The notes below the pieces were generated by a model that saw only the letters and a list, made by a program, of their open reading frames with translations, did not search any database and was not told where the DNA came from. From contig NW_024704742.1 in assembly GCF_018977255.1 (NCBI RefSeq), forward strand, positions 40,488,001-40,552,000: DNA of 64,000 nt. The letters run 5' to 3'. Both the position numbers and the translations under genes were made by a program. Positions 49,101-58,896 of the stretch are shown here, piece by piece (the stretch's first letter is position 1; each line of letters begins with the position of its first letter). The stretch comes from Callorhinchus milii (Eukaryota).

Positions 49101-50745
49101 TTTTTCAAATGGGAATTCTACCTCTAGAGTGCATGGTGGGATTCTAGAAGGAAAGAAAGTATTTTGTTGTAAAATTATAGAATAGGATATTCATTTTTTT
49201 AAAAAGTTAAAAAGCAAAATAATGAAAGATAGAAGAGGGAGAAGTAAAATGGTGTGTAAGTGTTTATTTTATATAGTACAGAGTTTATTGGTATAATTTT
49301 AAGCTTTGCTTCACCACCATGGTGTATGAGCTAGCATTTTGTTAAAAACAATGTCCAACCAGCCTTTGGAGCTTGAAATTTCTCCAAACCTACTAGCAGT
49401 CTGTTTCGGCCCTGGATTGAACATAATTTTCATAGTTGATTCTTACTGTCGTATTTCTTAAAATTAATATTTGGATCTTGGCAAGTATAATCATTTTAAT
49501 TGTAACCATGGAGCTCATTACAAAGCACTGACGGGTTTCATGGCACTTACCCAGCCAGGAATATCAAACCGGTTAGATCTTTGACTTGAGAATGTCTGCA
49601 CCTTCTCAATCTTACTGATGTGCCAAACAAGTTAGTCGTGTCATCAGCAATGCCTTGCATTACTGGAGACCTGCATGGCTATTCTCCAGGGGCCTGTTCA
49701 TCCCCAGGGAGATGCTGCTTATCTTTAATCCGATATACCAAGGCCATAGGGTAAAAGGATACAAACTCAGGTTGTGAAGGACATTTAGAAAATAAGTTTT
49801 TTTTACACAGAGTAATAAACAGCTTGAATAGGTTACCAGGAAGAGTGGTAGAGGCCAGAAGACTTGACTTGATTAAAAATCAACTTGAACACTGAGATCA
49901 AATGGCTTTCGTCACCTGTGCGTTCCTACCCCCACTCTATGGAAGATATTCTTTGCTTTTAACACTCAATTTCTTGACCTCAAAATGTTGAATGAGTATA
50001 CTGGAATTCAAGCACAGAACCTTCTGGTATGACAGACAGTGTTTTACTAACTGAGCTAAGGAGGATGTCTCAACAAGCATGAATGTAATAATAATAATAA
50101 TCCTTGCATTTGATATAGTGCTTTTCACGTCTTCTAGACGTCTTAAAGCGCTTCACAGAATATGCTGTAAAGTGAATTGACTGTATATTTGTGGGCGAAA
50201 CATTTGATTGCATAAGTTGTAAAAAAAAATCTAAATGTTATTATTTAGTAATAACTTTTTAATAATAAAATATTTATTCTTATTTTATTAAATAAAGAAA
50301 TGAATAATAAAAATAAAAATTGTGAAAAAAAATTTAAAAAATGTAATGTAAGGGCGTAACTGCAGCACAAAAAGACATAATCTAAAATCTTATTCATTTA
50401 AGTTTTGTTTTAGAATTGGCCCAAGAGCCCAGGAATCCATTTGCTGAGCCTAACAGATTCTTTACTCATTCTTGATATTAATATCAGTTGTAAACTTTTT
50501 GTGTTTTATTTCAACAGGTGGAAGTTAAGCCATACGTGCTAGATGATCAAATGTGTGATGAATGCCAGGGTGCTCGATGCGGTGGAAAGTTTGCTCCATT
50601 TTTCTGTGCCAATGTCACTTGTCTGCAGTATTACTGTGAATTTTGTTGGGCAAACATCCACTCTCGCGCTGGGCGGGAGTTCCACAAGCCACTGGTGAAG
50701 GAGGGGGCTGACCGCCCTCGTCAGGTCCACTTCCGCTGGAGCTGA
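10075..50745 (+). CDS. CPEB2: CPEB2, 5'-partial spliced CDS: join(10075..10165,16677..16727,27143..27166,31421..31597,31684..31773,35987..36105,42548..42662,44785..44966,50518..50745), 358 aa + stop
   Basis: All nine exons have AG/GT boundaries and compatible phases, summing to 1077 nt (359 codons). The translation gives two RRMs ([24 protein letters not shown]) and the C-terminal ZZ finger. CPEB2-type residues as recalled: [79 protein letters not shown]. Confidence 0.95.
10575..11263 (+). mobile_element. Two tandem tRNA-headed Deu-domain SINEs (~10575-10947 and ~10968-11263)
   Basis: A/B boxes, GGGCAAGTTTCCTTACTCCAC body, TGTTTGTGGGAC..GCTGTGCGCAATTGGCTGCCGCGTT core and L2-like tail. Confidence 0.85.
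12888..13002 (+). mobile_element. 5'-truncated SINE 3' end
   Basis: TTTCGCCCAC..ATATACAGTCAATTCACTT..GAAGCGCTTTGAGAC tail, shared with the other copies. Confidence 0.75.
13642..13760. repeat. Degenerate ~31-bp minisatellite (4 x CAGTGCCAGCCTT + pyrimidine-rich spacer)
   Basis: Cores at ~13642, 13673, 13707 and 13737. Confidence 0.75.
16677..16727 (+). CDS. CPEB2: CPEB2 51-nt symmetric exon (G)[16 protein letters not shown]
   Basis: cccatttttgcag|GGCGCT ... CTTAATG|gtaag; phase 1-1; resembles the recalled CPEB2 RLSYPHPGTDNLLMLN. Confidence 0.92.
18978..19175 (+). mobile_element. Older tRNA-headed SacSINE1/DeuSINE-like fragment
   Basis: TTGGCTCAG..GGTAGCACTCTCGCC..GAAGGTTGTG..TTTAGATGAAACGGTAAACTGAGG; related copies at 25468-25655, 31975-32372, 63875-64000 (+) and ~7150-7300, ~12205-12365 (-). 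Confidence 0.6.
20820..21200 (+). mobile_element. Decayed CR1 LINE 3' fragment
   Basis: [22 protein letters not shown], a CR1 ORF2 C-terminal motif; similar pieces at ~7010-7150, ~17290-17390, ~49750-49890 (+) and ~59115-59290 (-). Confidence 0.65.
21355..21518 (+). mobile_element. Deleted SINE copy
   Basis: GGCAGGGCGAAACTTTGGGCAAGTTTCC body plus the family tail. Confidence 0.75.
21721..22600 (-). mobile_element. CR1 LINE 3' fragment (ORF2 C-terminus and 3'UTR)
   Basis: Minus-strand ORFs [19 protein letters not shown] and [44 protein letters not shown], typical of CR1; frameshifted. Confidence 0.9.
27134..27142 (+). promoter_or_regulatory. TGCATG (RBFOX motif) and TGC (SRRM3/4-type) elements overlapping the microexon 3' splice site
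   Basis: acttTGCATGcag immediately before the exon; a second TGCATG at 26947-26952. Confidence 0.55.
27143..27166 (+). CDS. CPEB2: CPEB2 24-nt microexon (A)RSYGRRR(G), the 8-aa B region
   Basis: ctttacttgcatgcag|CACGAAGTTATGGGAGAAGACGAG|gtaat; phase 1-1; peptide matches the known CPEB2/3/4 8-aa microexon. Confidence 0.92.
29935..30160 (-). mobile_element. L2 fragment
   Basis: [15 protein letters not shown] motif on the minus strand. Confidence 0.75.
31421..31597 (+). CDS. CPEB2: CPEB2 exon (177 nt), linker and start of RRM1
   Basis: ctgtttgcag|GGCGCT ... GATGAAG|gtaat; [15 protein letters not shown]...[18 protein letters not shown]. Confidence 0.96.
31684..31773 (+). CDS. CPEB2: CPEB2 exon (90 nt), RRM1
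   Basis: ttatacag|ATGAAATT ... CCAAAAG|gtaat; (D)[29 protein letters not shown]; preceded by an 86-nt intron. Confidence 0.96.
31975..32372 (+). mobile_element. Near-complete older DeuSINE (SacSINE1-like)
   Basis: tRNA head (TTGGCTCAGTGG, GGTTCAAATCCC), Deu-like core GCTGTGCAAAAATTGGCT, L2-like tail. Confidence 0.7.
32497..32650 (-). mobile_element. CR1 3'-terminal fragment
   Basis: Closely similar to 21721-21855 (TATACAGCAC..GGAGG..ATTCGGCCCAT..GTGTCTGTGCCGG..AAATAATTATCTAC). Confidence 0.8.
32655..34019. repeat. Long inverted repeat: arms 32655-32824 + 33182-33223 (SINE-interrupted) and 33814-34019
   Basis: The reverse complement of 33814-34019 aligns by eye to the left arm along its whole ~205 bp. 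Confidence 0.9.
32870..33181 (+). mobile_element. Full-length young tRNA-headed Deu-domain SINE
   Basis: Complete head, body and (ATT)n tail; nearly identical to 40216-40533 and 44053-44354. Confidence 0.9.
35499..35612. repeat. Compound (TG)n/(TA)n/TATT microsatellite
   Basis: Seen directly in the sequence. Confidence 0.95.
35987..36105 (+). CDS. CPEB2: CPEB2 exon (119 nt), RRM1
   Basis: ctgttgcag|GTTATG ... AAACCA|gtaag; (G)[39 protein letters not shown]. Confidence 0.96.
37578..38590 (-). mobile_element. L2 LINE 3' fragment
   Basis: Minus ORF ...[23 protein letters not shown]...[11 protein letters not shown]...QNSAARVL; (CAA)n tail at the left end. Confidence 0.9.
38680..39218 (+). mobile_element. 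L2 LINE 3' fragment, head-to-head with the previous copy
   Basis: Same family 3' region and GCGCCTTGGGAC..GAAAGGCG..(TTG)n tail. Confidence 0.85.
40160..41060 (-). mobile_element. Older L2 fragment interrupted by a SINE
   Basis: Tail at 40160-40212 continues at 40534 onward; decayed LHW/DFKI-like motifs. Confidence 0.7.
40216..40533 (+). mobile_element. Full-length young SINE with 6-bp target-site duplication AGAGTG
   Basis: AGAGTG at 40210-40215 and 40534-40539 flanks a complete element. Confidence 0.9.
41684..42375 (-). mobile_element. L2 fragment with internal deletion
   Basis: [23 protein letters not shown] and NFLQLN motifs on the minus strand; tail at 41684-41760. Confidence 0.88.
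42548..42662 (+). CDS. CPEB2: CPEB2 exon (115 nt), end of RRM1 and start of RRM2
   Basis: tttgtccag|GTCCAA ... GCTG|gtaag; [38 protein letters not shown]. Confidence 0.96.
43733..44431 (+). mobile_element. L2 3' fragment interrupted by a full-length SINE (44053-44354)
   Basis: [20 protein letters not shown]...[12 protein letters not shown]; the tail resumes after the SINE. Confidence 0.88.
44785..44966 (+). CDS. CPEB2: CPEB2 exon (182 nt), RRM2
   Basis: ccttttgcag|TGGAGC ... AAACGG|gtaaa; (V)[60 protein letters not shown]. Confidence 0.96.
47215..47328 (+). mobile_element. SINE 3' fragment
   Basis: Family tail with (ATT)n. Confidence 0.8.
50086..50201 (-). mobile_element. SINE 3' fragment (only antisense copy of the young family)
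   Basis: Reverse complement of the family tail. Confidence 0.85.
50518..50745 (+). CDS. CPEB2: CPEB2 last coding exon, ZZ-type zinc finger and stop
   Basis: tttcaacag|[55 protein letters not shown]...RWS*. Confidence 0.97.
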   Translation: MEVKPYVLDDQMCDECQGARCGGKFAPFFCANVTCLQYYCEFCWANIHSRAGREFHKPLVKEGADRPRQVHFRWS

Positions 50746-53494
50746 ACACATTCAGATGTCTGAAGGATCATGACGGATGAAGGGAAAAGAGTGCATGAGG
50801 CTTAAAAGGCTGAAGAAACCAAGACTAGTTAGGAGAAATAAGTGCATTCTTCTGCCTCCTACCCCAGCTCTCAATGCGTACATCATCTGTAGCAGCTAAT
50901 ACACTACAGGCCTCTTGTTTGTCACCAAAACCCTGCATCTCAGGCTTTACTAACTTTTTTGAGGTACTTTCATGTTTTTAAAAAAGGATTTTTTGTAGTT
51001 TTTTCAAGTTATTTTTTTATATAAAAAAACTTTAAAATTAGAAATGAGAATGTTGCCACTTAGGGGCGCCCAGTTTGCTGCTATCTTTAATGGGTGGAGC
51101 ATGCACTTATTTCAGGAAGCTCAGTTTCATCTCCAAGACCTGTTCCTAGTAATTTACCAAAGGTAGCAAAATAGTAGGAGGCAAGTTTAGCTATAGGTGG
51201 GTGATTTCTGCACACACAAATTTTATTTTTTAATGTTGCTATTTGCAATGTATACATAAACTTTTAAAATGTTATGTTTTTTGCTCTCCATTTTGAATTG
51301 CAAGAAATAATACCTCAAGAGATTGATATTGTTTGTTAACTATTTTAGCATTTTTATTATTCTTAAGCTGCATTAGGAGCTTTGCTGCTATATAGGTGTT
51401 ATATTTAATGCCAGAACACATCGTGACAAAATGGGATCAGAAACATAATTATAGCGGCTGCATTGCAGAAGAATTAGATGCAGACGGCACAACATGGCCT
51501 AGACTGCCACAGTTTTAGAATGTGAATTTAAACAACTGCATGTTTACTTGTACACCTTATGCATGCACTAAAAATATATTCATACATGTTCCTTCACAAC
51601 AACGGATGTGATGTCAGTTTTGGTAAGCATTCAAAAAAAATTAGTTAGCATGAACAAAAAGATACATTGATAGTATAAAAGAAAAAAGGAAAAAAAACTA
51701 ACTTGCATGCATAAATGTGACTCCTGTAACAAGAATGTCCTACTGCTACACTTTGTGTACATTATGCAAATTAGCTTTTAGAGTAGAAGTGCAGCCACTA
51801 TTGTGACCTGGTGGGTTGTGGAGTTCGATTTCTACAGACTGGATATAATCTCGTATTCCCTGTGCAATCTTGTTAATGTGTGAGTTTTGTTTAGTGCTGA
51901 GTGAGTTGTTGTCCTACATAGAAATTTAGAACTACAGTAGTTAGGATTTTTTTNAGAAAAATCAGAATAGAACTAAAAGCTTTCGATTTCATTGCCCCTT
52001 TCATAAAACTCTTTGGTATAATGGCTCAGACTTCCTCTATAAACCAAAGATGGCCAGCACACTGCTAAACAATCACCAAACTCCAAGCCCACAAAATAGT
52101 GATAAAATGGTACTGATATCATCACATAAGAAATGTGATTTCCTAGAACCTAACCATTTTAAAGTCGAAATGGAGATAACTGGTGTTAAAATGCATGGTT
52201 TGACATGAAGCATTGAATTTCTCTGCAGTTAAATCACACTAGAATGAAAAATTCATCAGTTAGCTGCAGAAAGTTGTGCGGGTGTCAATTATTTATTTTT
52301 GAAAAGTGATGTTCATACCATTACTAACATCTACTGTATAGAACAACCATATATAATCCTTAGGGACAATCTTTTTATGTAAGCAAGGTGTTGAACTTTG
52401 GTGGTCTCCTGGTGTGCTTTTGTGTATGTAGTTCATGTCTAATTCTGCTGTTTATAGTAATTGTGATGCAACTTTTGAAATGTTTGAAGTCTGCTGTTTT
52501 GAAGAAGAGCTTTTTTACTAATTTATTTATTTGCTAATGCTCCCATTTGTTACTTACCATGGTTCTCCAGGCTCTTTGGAGTATTTGTTCTCTGCCAAAC
52601 TTTGTTCCATTTTCAGACACCCATATTGGCATTTGTTGTGCACTACTTTTGTATCTTGGTGAGAGTTTTTTCCAACAGTCAGCTGTTTTAGGGCACACTT
52701 TTTGACTGATGGCATCTCCTTTGCAATACCTCAATTTTCTGAATTTAGAAGAGAAATCGATAGTTTTGCTATGTTTATTATTGAAAGATCTGCATATATA
52801 ATTAATTTAATTCAGCAAATAAATGATTTAACAAAATTGATATTTTTATTTTTCATACATCTTGCTTTCTAAATTTGGAAGGGTCTAAACATTTGTAAAC
52901 TAACATGGTAACCTTAGGAGGGCTATTCAATGTAAAACTGTGCAGAAAATAAGAGTGCAGTAATCCCCCTATCCTTATGTATAATTAAAGGCACAATCAC
53001 CAAGGTATTTTGTTAAATTAATTTGATGTATACAAATCTTAAGTAAACCCTTTCTAGGGTGGGGTGGTAGTAGAATGATTTTTGTTTCATCTGCTGTCAT
53101 TTATTTCCCAAGACAACTTTATTACTGTAGCACCTGAATTATTCAGCATTGCCATGATTTTTAAGATAAGTAACAAGCCCTATTCTTAAAGAAAATGGTA
53201 AACACTGTAATGCATCTTTTTTAAAGAAATCATATTTATTTCACTATTTTTGTAGAAATGTAATTTCATTTTGATTGTATTATTTTTGTATTCTAATAAG
53301 CTTGTTCACATACTGTGTTCCCCGAATGTACGTATTTCTGCCCAGATGCAGGGCTCTGCAGAGAAATTAATTTTTTTAAAACCATGCTGTGTTTTGCAAA
53401 GAAAACATAAGCAAATATATTTTATGGGAAACACTTGACATTTAACCCCTGTTGCATCTGGCCATATGCGGCCTTTCCTCAAAGATGCTGAAAG

Positions 53495-53556
53495 ACTTGA
53501 ATATAACACATTTTGGAAGGCTGACTAACCTCGACTTTGTGTTGTGATGTGCAATA
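53495..53556 (+). promoter_or_regulatory. miR-26 (ACTTGAA, 53495-53501) and miR-92/25/32 (GTGCAATA, 53549-53556) seed sites in the 3'UTR
   Basis: Exact seed matches. miR-92 and miR-26 are reported regulators of CPEB2/3/4 3'UTRs. Confidence 0.65.
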
Positions 53557-54415
53557 CTGTTTCTAATGTTTGTAAGAAAAGAAAAAAGAATAACAGTGTA
53601 AACCTTTTAATGCAGATTTATTTTTTTCATTGCATATTTGCAGACTAGTTATCCACAATGTCATTTTTTACTGTCAGAAATTTTACCCCTTTGTCATGCT
53701 AATATTTTTAAATCCAGAGATCTTTGTACTGATGTAAATGATTGTAGTTATTTTGGATAGTGTTTTGCTAAAAAAAAGAAAAAAAGGAGATACTTTTCAT
53801 GCATATTTGCCTATTTTGTTTATTTTATTTTACTTTACAAATATGACTACTTTTTCAACAGTAGCATGGTATTTGGAATAATTTTCTTATCCAGCCAGTG
53901 TCATTAATATTATTTGTATTTTTATGTGGAAAATATAATTTTATGATGCTAATTCCTAAAGTTTATTTTATGTTGAATTATTTTTGGAGCTAAAATCTTT
54001 GTAATATTGTTAGAAAGTGTCTAGTTTCTAATTAAATGCTTGTGTATAGATTCAGAACAGTGGTTTACAGGAGCGTTTAGGTTGTAATTAGCAACTAATG
54101 GTTCTTTGATATGCAAATTAGACAGCCATCAATTTCTGCCAATTTTGTTCCTTTTTGTATTTTATAGGGGGAGTTGATTAGTAATTTTGTTTGATTTTTA
54201 AATAAAGGAGAACCCATGCTTTTATGGACACAAGATCACTTCAAGCTTGATTTAATTTTGTTTTATATTTCTTTGTTTTGCATCTTTCTGTTCAAATGTC
54301 TAATCCTCCAGTCTGTCTGTTGTACTGGTGATACTTCTGTACTGGAATGGTTTGCTGCCAACTATTTATATTAAGTAATTTTTAAATATTTGTAATATTA
54401 ACTGTTGACTGAAAT

Positions 54416-54429
54416 AATAAACCATTAAA
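54416..54429 (+). terminator. Polyadenylation signal AATAAA followed by ATTAAA
   Basis: gactgaaatAATAAAccATTAAAc; resembles the recalled vertebrate CPEB2 3' end. Other AATAAA hexamers at 52818, 54201 and 54750 could be alternative sites. Confidence 0.65.
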
Positions 54430-56528
54430 CTATTTGCATGTTTGCTCTATGCGAAAAATGTACCTGTCAGCTGTCCTATTTGAACTTAGAAAACTAATCT
54501 TTCTATTAGTCTAACTTTGACTGAGGGATGTTGTAGAATCTGTATTCCTACTTGTCTGTTAGTTCTCATATACTAAGCCTTGTGGACCTAATTCTAATCA
54601 ATATCAGAATTCTTCACTGCAGGAGATTGTATGTTAAGGCTGTCCAGTTATCTGTTGTCTGTGGGTCTTTGATTGTCACCTCTAGTAACTTTAGAGTTTT
54701 AGTGGACTTTTCACCAAACCTGATGGTGTTGTGGACAGGATCAATGTAGAATAAAAGCTGTTTTACCTCTGATAGGCAGAATAAATTCTGTATTCTAATC
54801 CTAACCTAACACCTGGATCTTTCATACAATACCAGTAGACACTCTCAATGTTGCTTCACTTATTCTGTCTTTCCTGTATGCATGAATTAAGTGACACATT
54901 TTGAAATAATTTAAAAACATATTGCTTATAACTGATCCTAAACTTTATATAAAAGTAAAAATTTGATACAAACTGAACGTTTCCTCCTTGAACCATTGCC
55001 TCACTGGCAAGTATAACTTTAAACCTTCCTCATCATTACAAACAAACAACATATTATAAAAGACAACATTTGATTTCTGTAACTAGTGGAGATTGTCAGA
55101 ATTTGTAAGAAAAACTATTGCTGTCTGTGCTATTGCTTCACAAATCTTTATGAATGTGATTTGGTTATAAGTGATTTTGTCACTCTGGTGACTTCCATAT
55201 TTGTATAGCCAATATGAAGACTTAATTAGACTTTACGATTTCACACATTTTTTATAAGAACTATGCAACCAATAGACCTATGATGCTTATGAATTAGCAT
55301 AAATGTTGCAAGAGATTGCTGCAATTGGATCACAGGTTGAATATTTAAAATATTAAAGATTCTAGATGCACATTATGTATGTTGTGCAAATTCCTACAAA
55401 TATAGTGCTGTTTTGATTCTTCATTACCAACAGTTCCTGGTTCATGTGTTACAAAAGTTTCTATGGAACAATAAACCACTTCCAAGTAATCCTGCAGGCT
55501 GAGACTTAGTCTCTAACAGTAAATTACATGGAATTTGCACCATGTGATTATTCATGCATCGTACCTGCTGTCTTTTCTAAACCCGAAACAAAATGCAAGG
55601 ATTAAATCAAAATGGCACCACTTACCATAATGGAAAACACAAATCTAGTTGTCCCCTCTTCAACCCATTTTGAAGGAAACTTTAAAGCACCAATAGCCAT
55701 GATTGGTCATTTTCATTTCTTCGCACCGCCTCCACCCACCCCCATTCATTTGGCTACCAGTAGTAGTAGCTCACTTTGTGAGTAATCCACTCACAATGTC
55801 GACTCTTTCTTGCTTCTATCCGAGCAAAGGTGCATTCCGAAGGCATGTCCAATTCAACAAGCCAATGGACAATACAGCTGCAAGAAATTTCCCATTGTGG
55901 GAATGGAAATATGCATATTACACATGGAGACAGGAAAACATTAGGATATGTGGGTCACTTACTGGGGCCTCTACACAACCAAAATGTATCTTTATGTAAT
56001 AGGCTTAAGCTTGACTGAGGGGGAACATGAAGGATGACTGTATTTCAGGTTTCATGGCTGTTCTAAAATATTTTTACATAACAAAAGCAACAAAACATAA
56101 CAAATACAACTGTCTGCAGCCTTTTACCCACCCTTTGGAGACCAAGTCTGCATTGCTTATCTCGCCTCTGACCTCTGCTATCCTCTCTACAATCCAACTC
56201 TGCCCTATAAAGAAACCTGGGTTAGCATGATTAATTATGCAGTTACATTTTTTATTGTTTAATTCAGCTCTTATATCTACTGTTTATTTTAAAGGGAGAT
56301 AGTTCACTAACCAATGCAGGCTCACCCAGCCACAAAGTACCTTGAACCTGAATAAACTCATGCAAATAGTAATGCTCTTCAACTCAAGCGCATGAATCCT
56401 ATTTAGTAAACTCAATAAATATTTGGGGAAAAAATGAATTTTCTGATATTCCGGTTGAAATAATAGAACTTCCTGCAGCGGAGTTAATAGTTATTGTATT
56501 TGATATAGCACACATTATGCTATATCGT

Positions 56529-56870
56529 GGAGTGTTGTAGCTCAGTGGTTAGAGCACTAGCCTCACAAGCAAGAGACCTGGGTTTGATTCTTGGCAGGGC
56601 AAAATGTTGGGCAAGTTTCCATACTCCATATGCCTCTGTTTACCTCGCAGTAAGTAGGAACCCGGTTGTTAGTCAATTGACGCATCGCTTTTCTGGGGGT
56701 AATAATAATAAATTGGTCACTTCAATCCACGACTGTTTGTGGGACACTGCTGTGCGCAATTTGCTGCTGTGTTTTGCCCACAAAATATAGTCAATATACT
56801 TTATATTCTGTGAAGCGCTTTGAGACATCTAGACGTGATAAGGTACTATATCAAATGCAAGGATTATTAT
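56529..56870 (+). mobile_element. Full-length SINE (long-linker subfamily)
   Basis: Head, CCTCTGTTTACC..GTAAGTAGGAACC linker, Deu core and tail; like the 10595 and 58577 copies. Confidence 0.85.
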
Positions 56871-57432
56871 CAACATGTCTCAGCACTTTGCAAGATTTAC
56901 TGTAAAGTGTAGTGACTGTATTGCAGGCAAACTTTTAGAGTTATTTAGATACTGTAGTAAAAATAAAACCTCATTTTTAGAACTGAAGCTTTTAGTGATT
57001 ATTAGGATAGTGCACAAACTCAATTCCAAATTTAAATTATTATCTGAATTACTGTAAAAGACAAATTAGCTGCATGAGTGTGAAGAAGGTTGATTGTACA
57101 AACCTCAGTGCCAAAATGAAAACAAGCTGTGTTTGTTGGTATAGTCCTATATAATTGGAAAATAAAGCCAAAGAATGCTTTGATATTTTCAGAAGATCAG
57201 AAAAAAGATGCTGATTATTTTTCTGAATATAATTTCCGCATGCTTTAATATACTCAAAGTCTAACTTAAGAGTACTGGAGCTGAGCATATTGAGTAACTG
57301 GAAATAGGCATTTAGCTGCAAAGAAACTCCAAGGATATTGTAGGATCCTACCATCCATATCAGATGTACAGCCAGGATCAGGCCATGCATAATGAGTAAC
57401 GAGAGATTCATGTACCCATACACATATATATA

Positions 57433-58066
57433 CAACAAAATTACATTTATATAGCGCCTTTCATGTCACGAGGATGTCCCAAGGCGCTGGACAGTCAGTG
57501 TTTCGGACCCGAGCTGGGGTCAGCATCGCGGAGGGCGATGGCGGGGAAGGAGGGTGATTGAAGGCACGGTCGAAGAGGAGGGTCTTGAGACGAGTCATGA
57601 AGGAGACAAGGGAGGGGACGAAGCGGAGGGACTGAGATGGAATTCCAGAGGGTGGGGGTAGAGTGGTTGAAGGCCCACTTTGAAGGTGAGGACCAGGATC
57701 TTGAACTATCCTTTGTGTGATGGGAAGCCAGTGGAATCGGGCGAGGGATGGGGATGATAGGGTCAAGGAGCCTAGTGCTGGAGAAGACGCAAGCTGCAGA
57801 GATCTGGATGATCTGCAACCTATGGAACGAGGAGTTGGGAAGGCCGACAAGTAGGGAGTTTGCATAGTTAAGCCTGGATGTTATGAATGCGTGTATGAGG
57901 GTTTCGGTGGCCTGCGATGTGAGACAGTGGCTGAGCCGGATGATGTTGTGGAGGTTGGGGAAGGTAGAGCAGGTAATGGCATGGATGTGGGATTGAGAGG
58001 ATAGTTGAGGGTCAAACAAGAGTCTGCCCCCACCCTCTGGAACTCCATCCCGCAGTCCCTCCGCCT
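57433..58066 (-). mobile_element. L2 fragment with a short inverted L2 piece (58023-58066) at its 5' end
   Basis: Minus ORF LFDPQLS...IHAFITSRLNYANSLLVGLP; tail at 57433-57500. Confidence 0.85.
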
Positions 58067-58576
58067 CAAACGACGCATACTCAATGCTTTTTTCACAGTA
58101 GACGTTAAAAGTATAGACACTGTTCATACAGTGGACTGGAACCCTTGCTACCCAGACTACAGAGGACTAATGATATTCCTTGTGTCAATGGCTAAAGTGG
58201 GCCAGAAAAGTCAAGGGATTCCATTCCATCCATGTCTTACTTTCTTCCGTACTTCACTGTTCCACCTTCGGTTACCTTGAAATTTGTACATTGTGTCTTT
58301 TTTTCATTGAATAATTAAATATTACCAAAATACTGAATATTACTTCTGAACATGCTTCACTCCCAGGTGCTGCTTCCTCAGAGCCTGACCAGCCCTTGCT
58401 ACCAGTCCAACTCCTGCCTCCTGTGTTAGAGCAAGGCAGTAACTTAAAAACACTTTAAATATTATAAATTGGGGGAAAACATCGTTTGTCCATTTATTTG
58501 TTCAATTCATTACCTGCTATTGACTTGTTTTTCTCTGCTTGCCAGATTATTTTCTTTCAGATTATTTATTTCCCTT

Positions 58577-58896
58577 GGAGTCCTGACCCGGGTTTGATTC
58601 CCAGGCGAGGCGAAACCTTAGGCAAGTTTCCTTACTCCACATGTCTCTGTTTACCTAGCAGTAAGTAGAAACCTGGTTGTTAGTCGATTGGCGGATCGCT
58701 TCCCGGGGTGATCATTCCTAAAAAAAAATTGCGTCACTCAATCCGCGACTGTTTGTGCTTCATTGCTGATCGCAATTGGCTGCCATGTTTCGCCCACATA
58801 GTATACAGTGAATTCACCTTACAATATATTCTGTGAAGTGCTTTAAGATGTCTCAACGACATGCTAAGGCGCTAAATCAAATGCAAGGATTATTAT
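58577..58896 (+). mobile_element. SINE (long-linker subfamily) with a partly deleted head
   Basis: Same body and tail as 56529-56870. Confidence 0.8.

Larger units (their letters stand above)
50746..54440 (+). other. CPEB2: CPEB2 3'UTR (~3.7 kb), AU-rich and free of recognisable retroelements
   Basis: Follows the stop codon; U-rich with CPE-like TTTTAT/TTTTAAT motifs; ends at AATAAA (54416-54421) and ATTAAA (54424-54429). The end point is inferred. Confidence 0.75.

Noticed and set aside
1..50517. CPEB3-type HDV-like self-cleaving ribozyme in an intron
   Set aside because: The gene is CPEB2, and the known ribozyme is in mammalian CPEB3. I saw no match to GGGGGCCACAGCAGAAGCG or a nested double pseudoknot by eye. 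Only an Infernal or descriptor search could exclude it fully.
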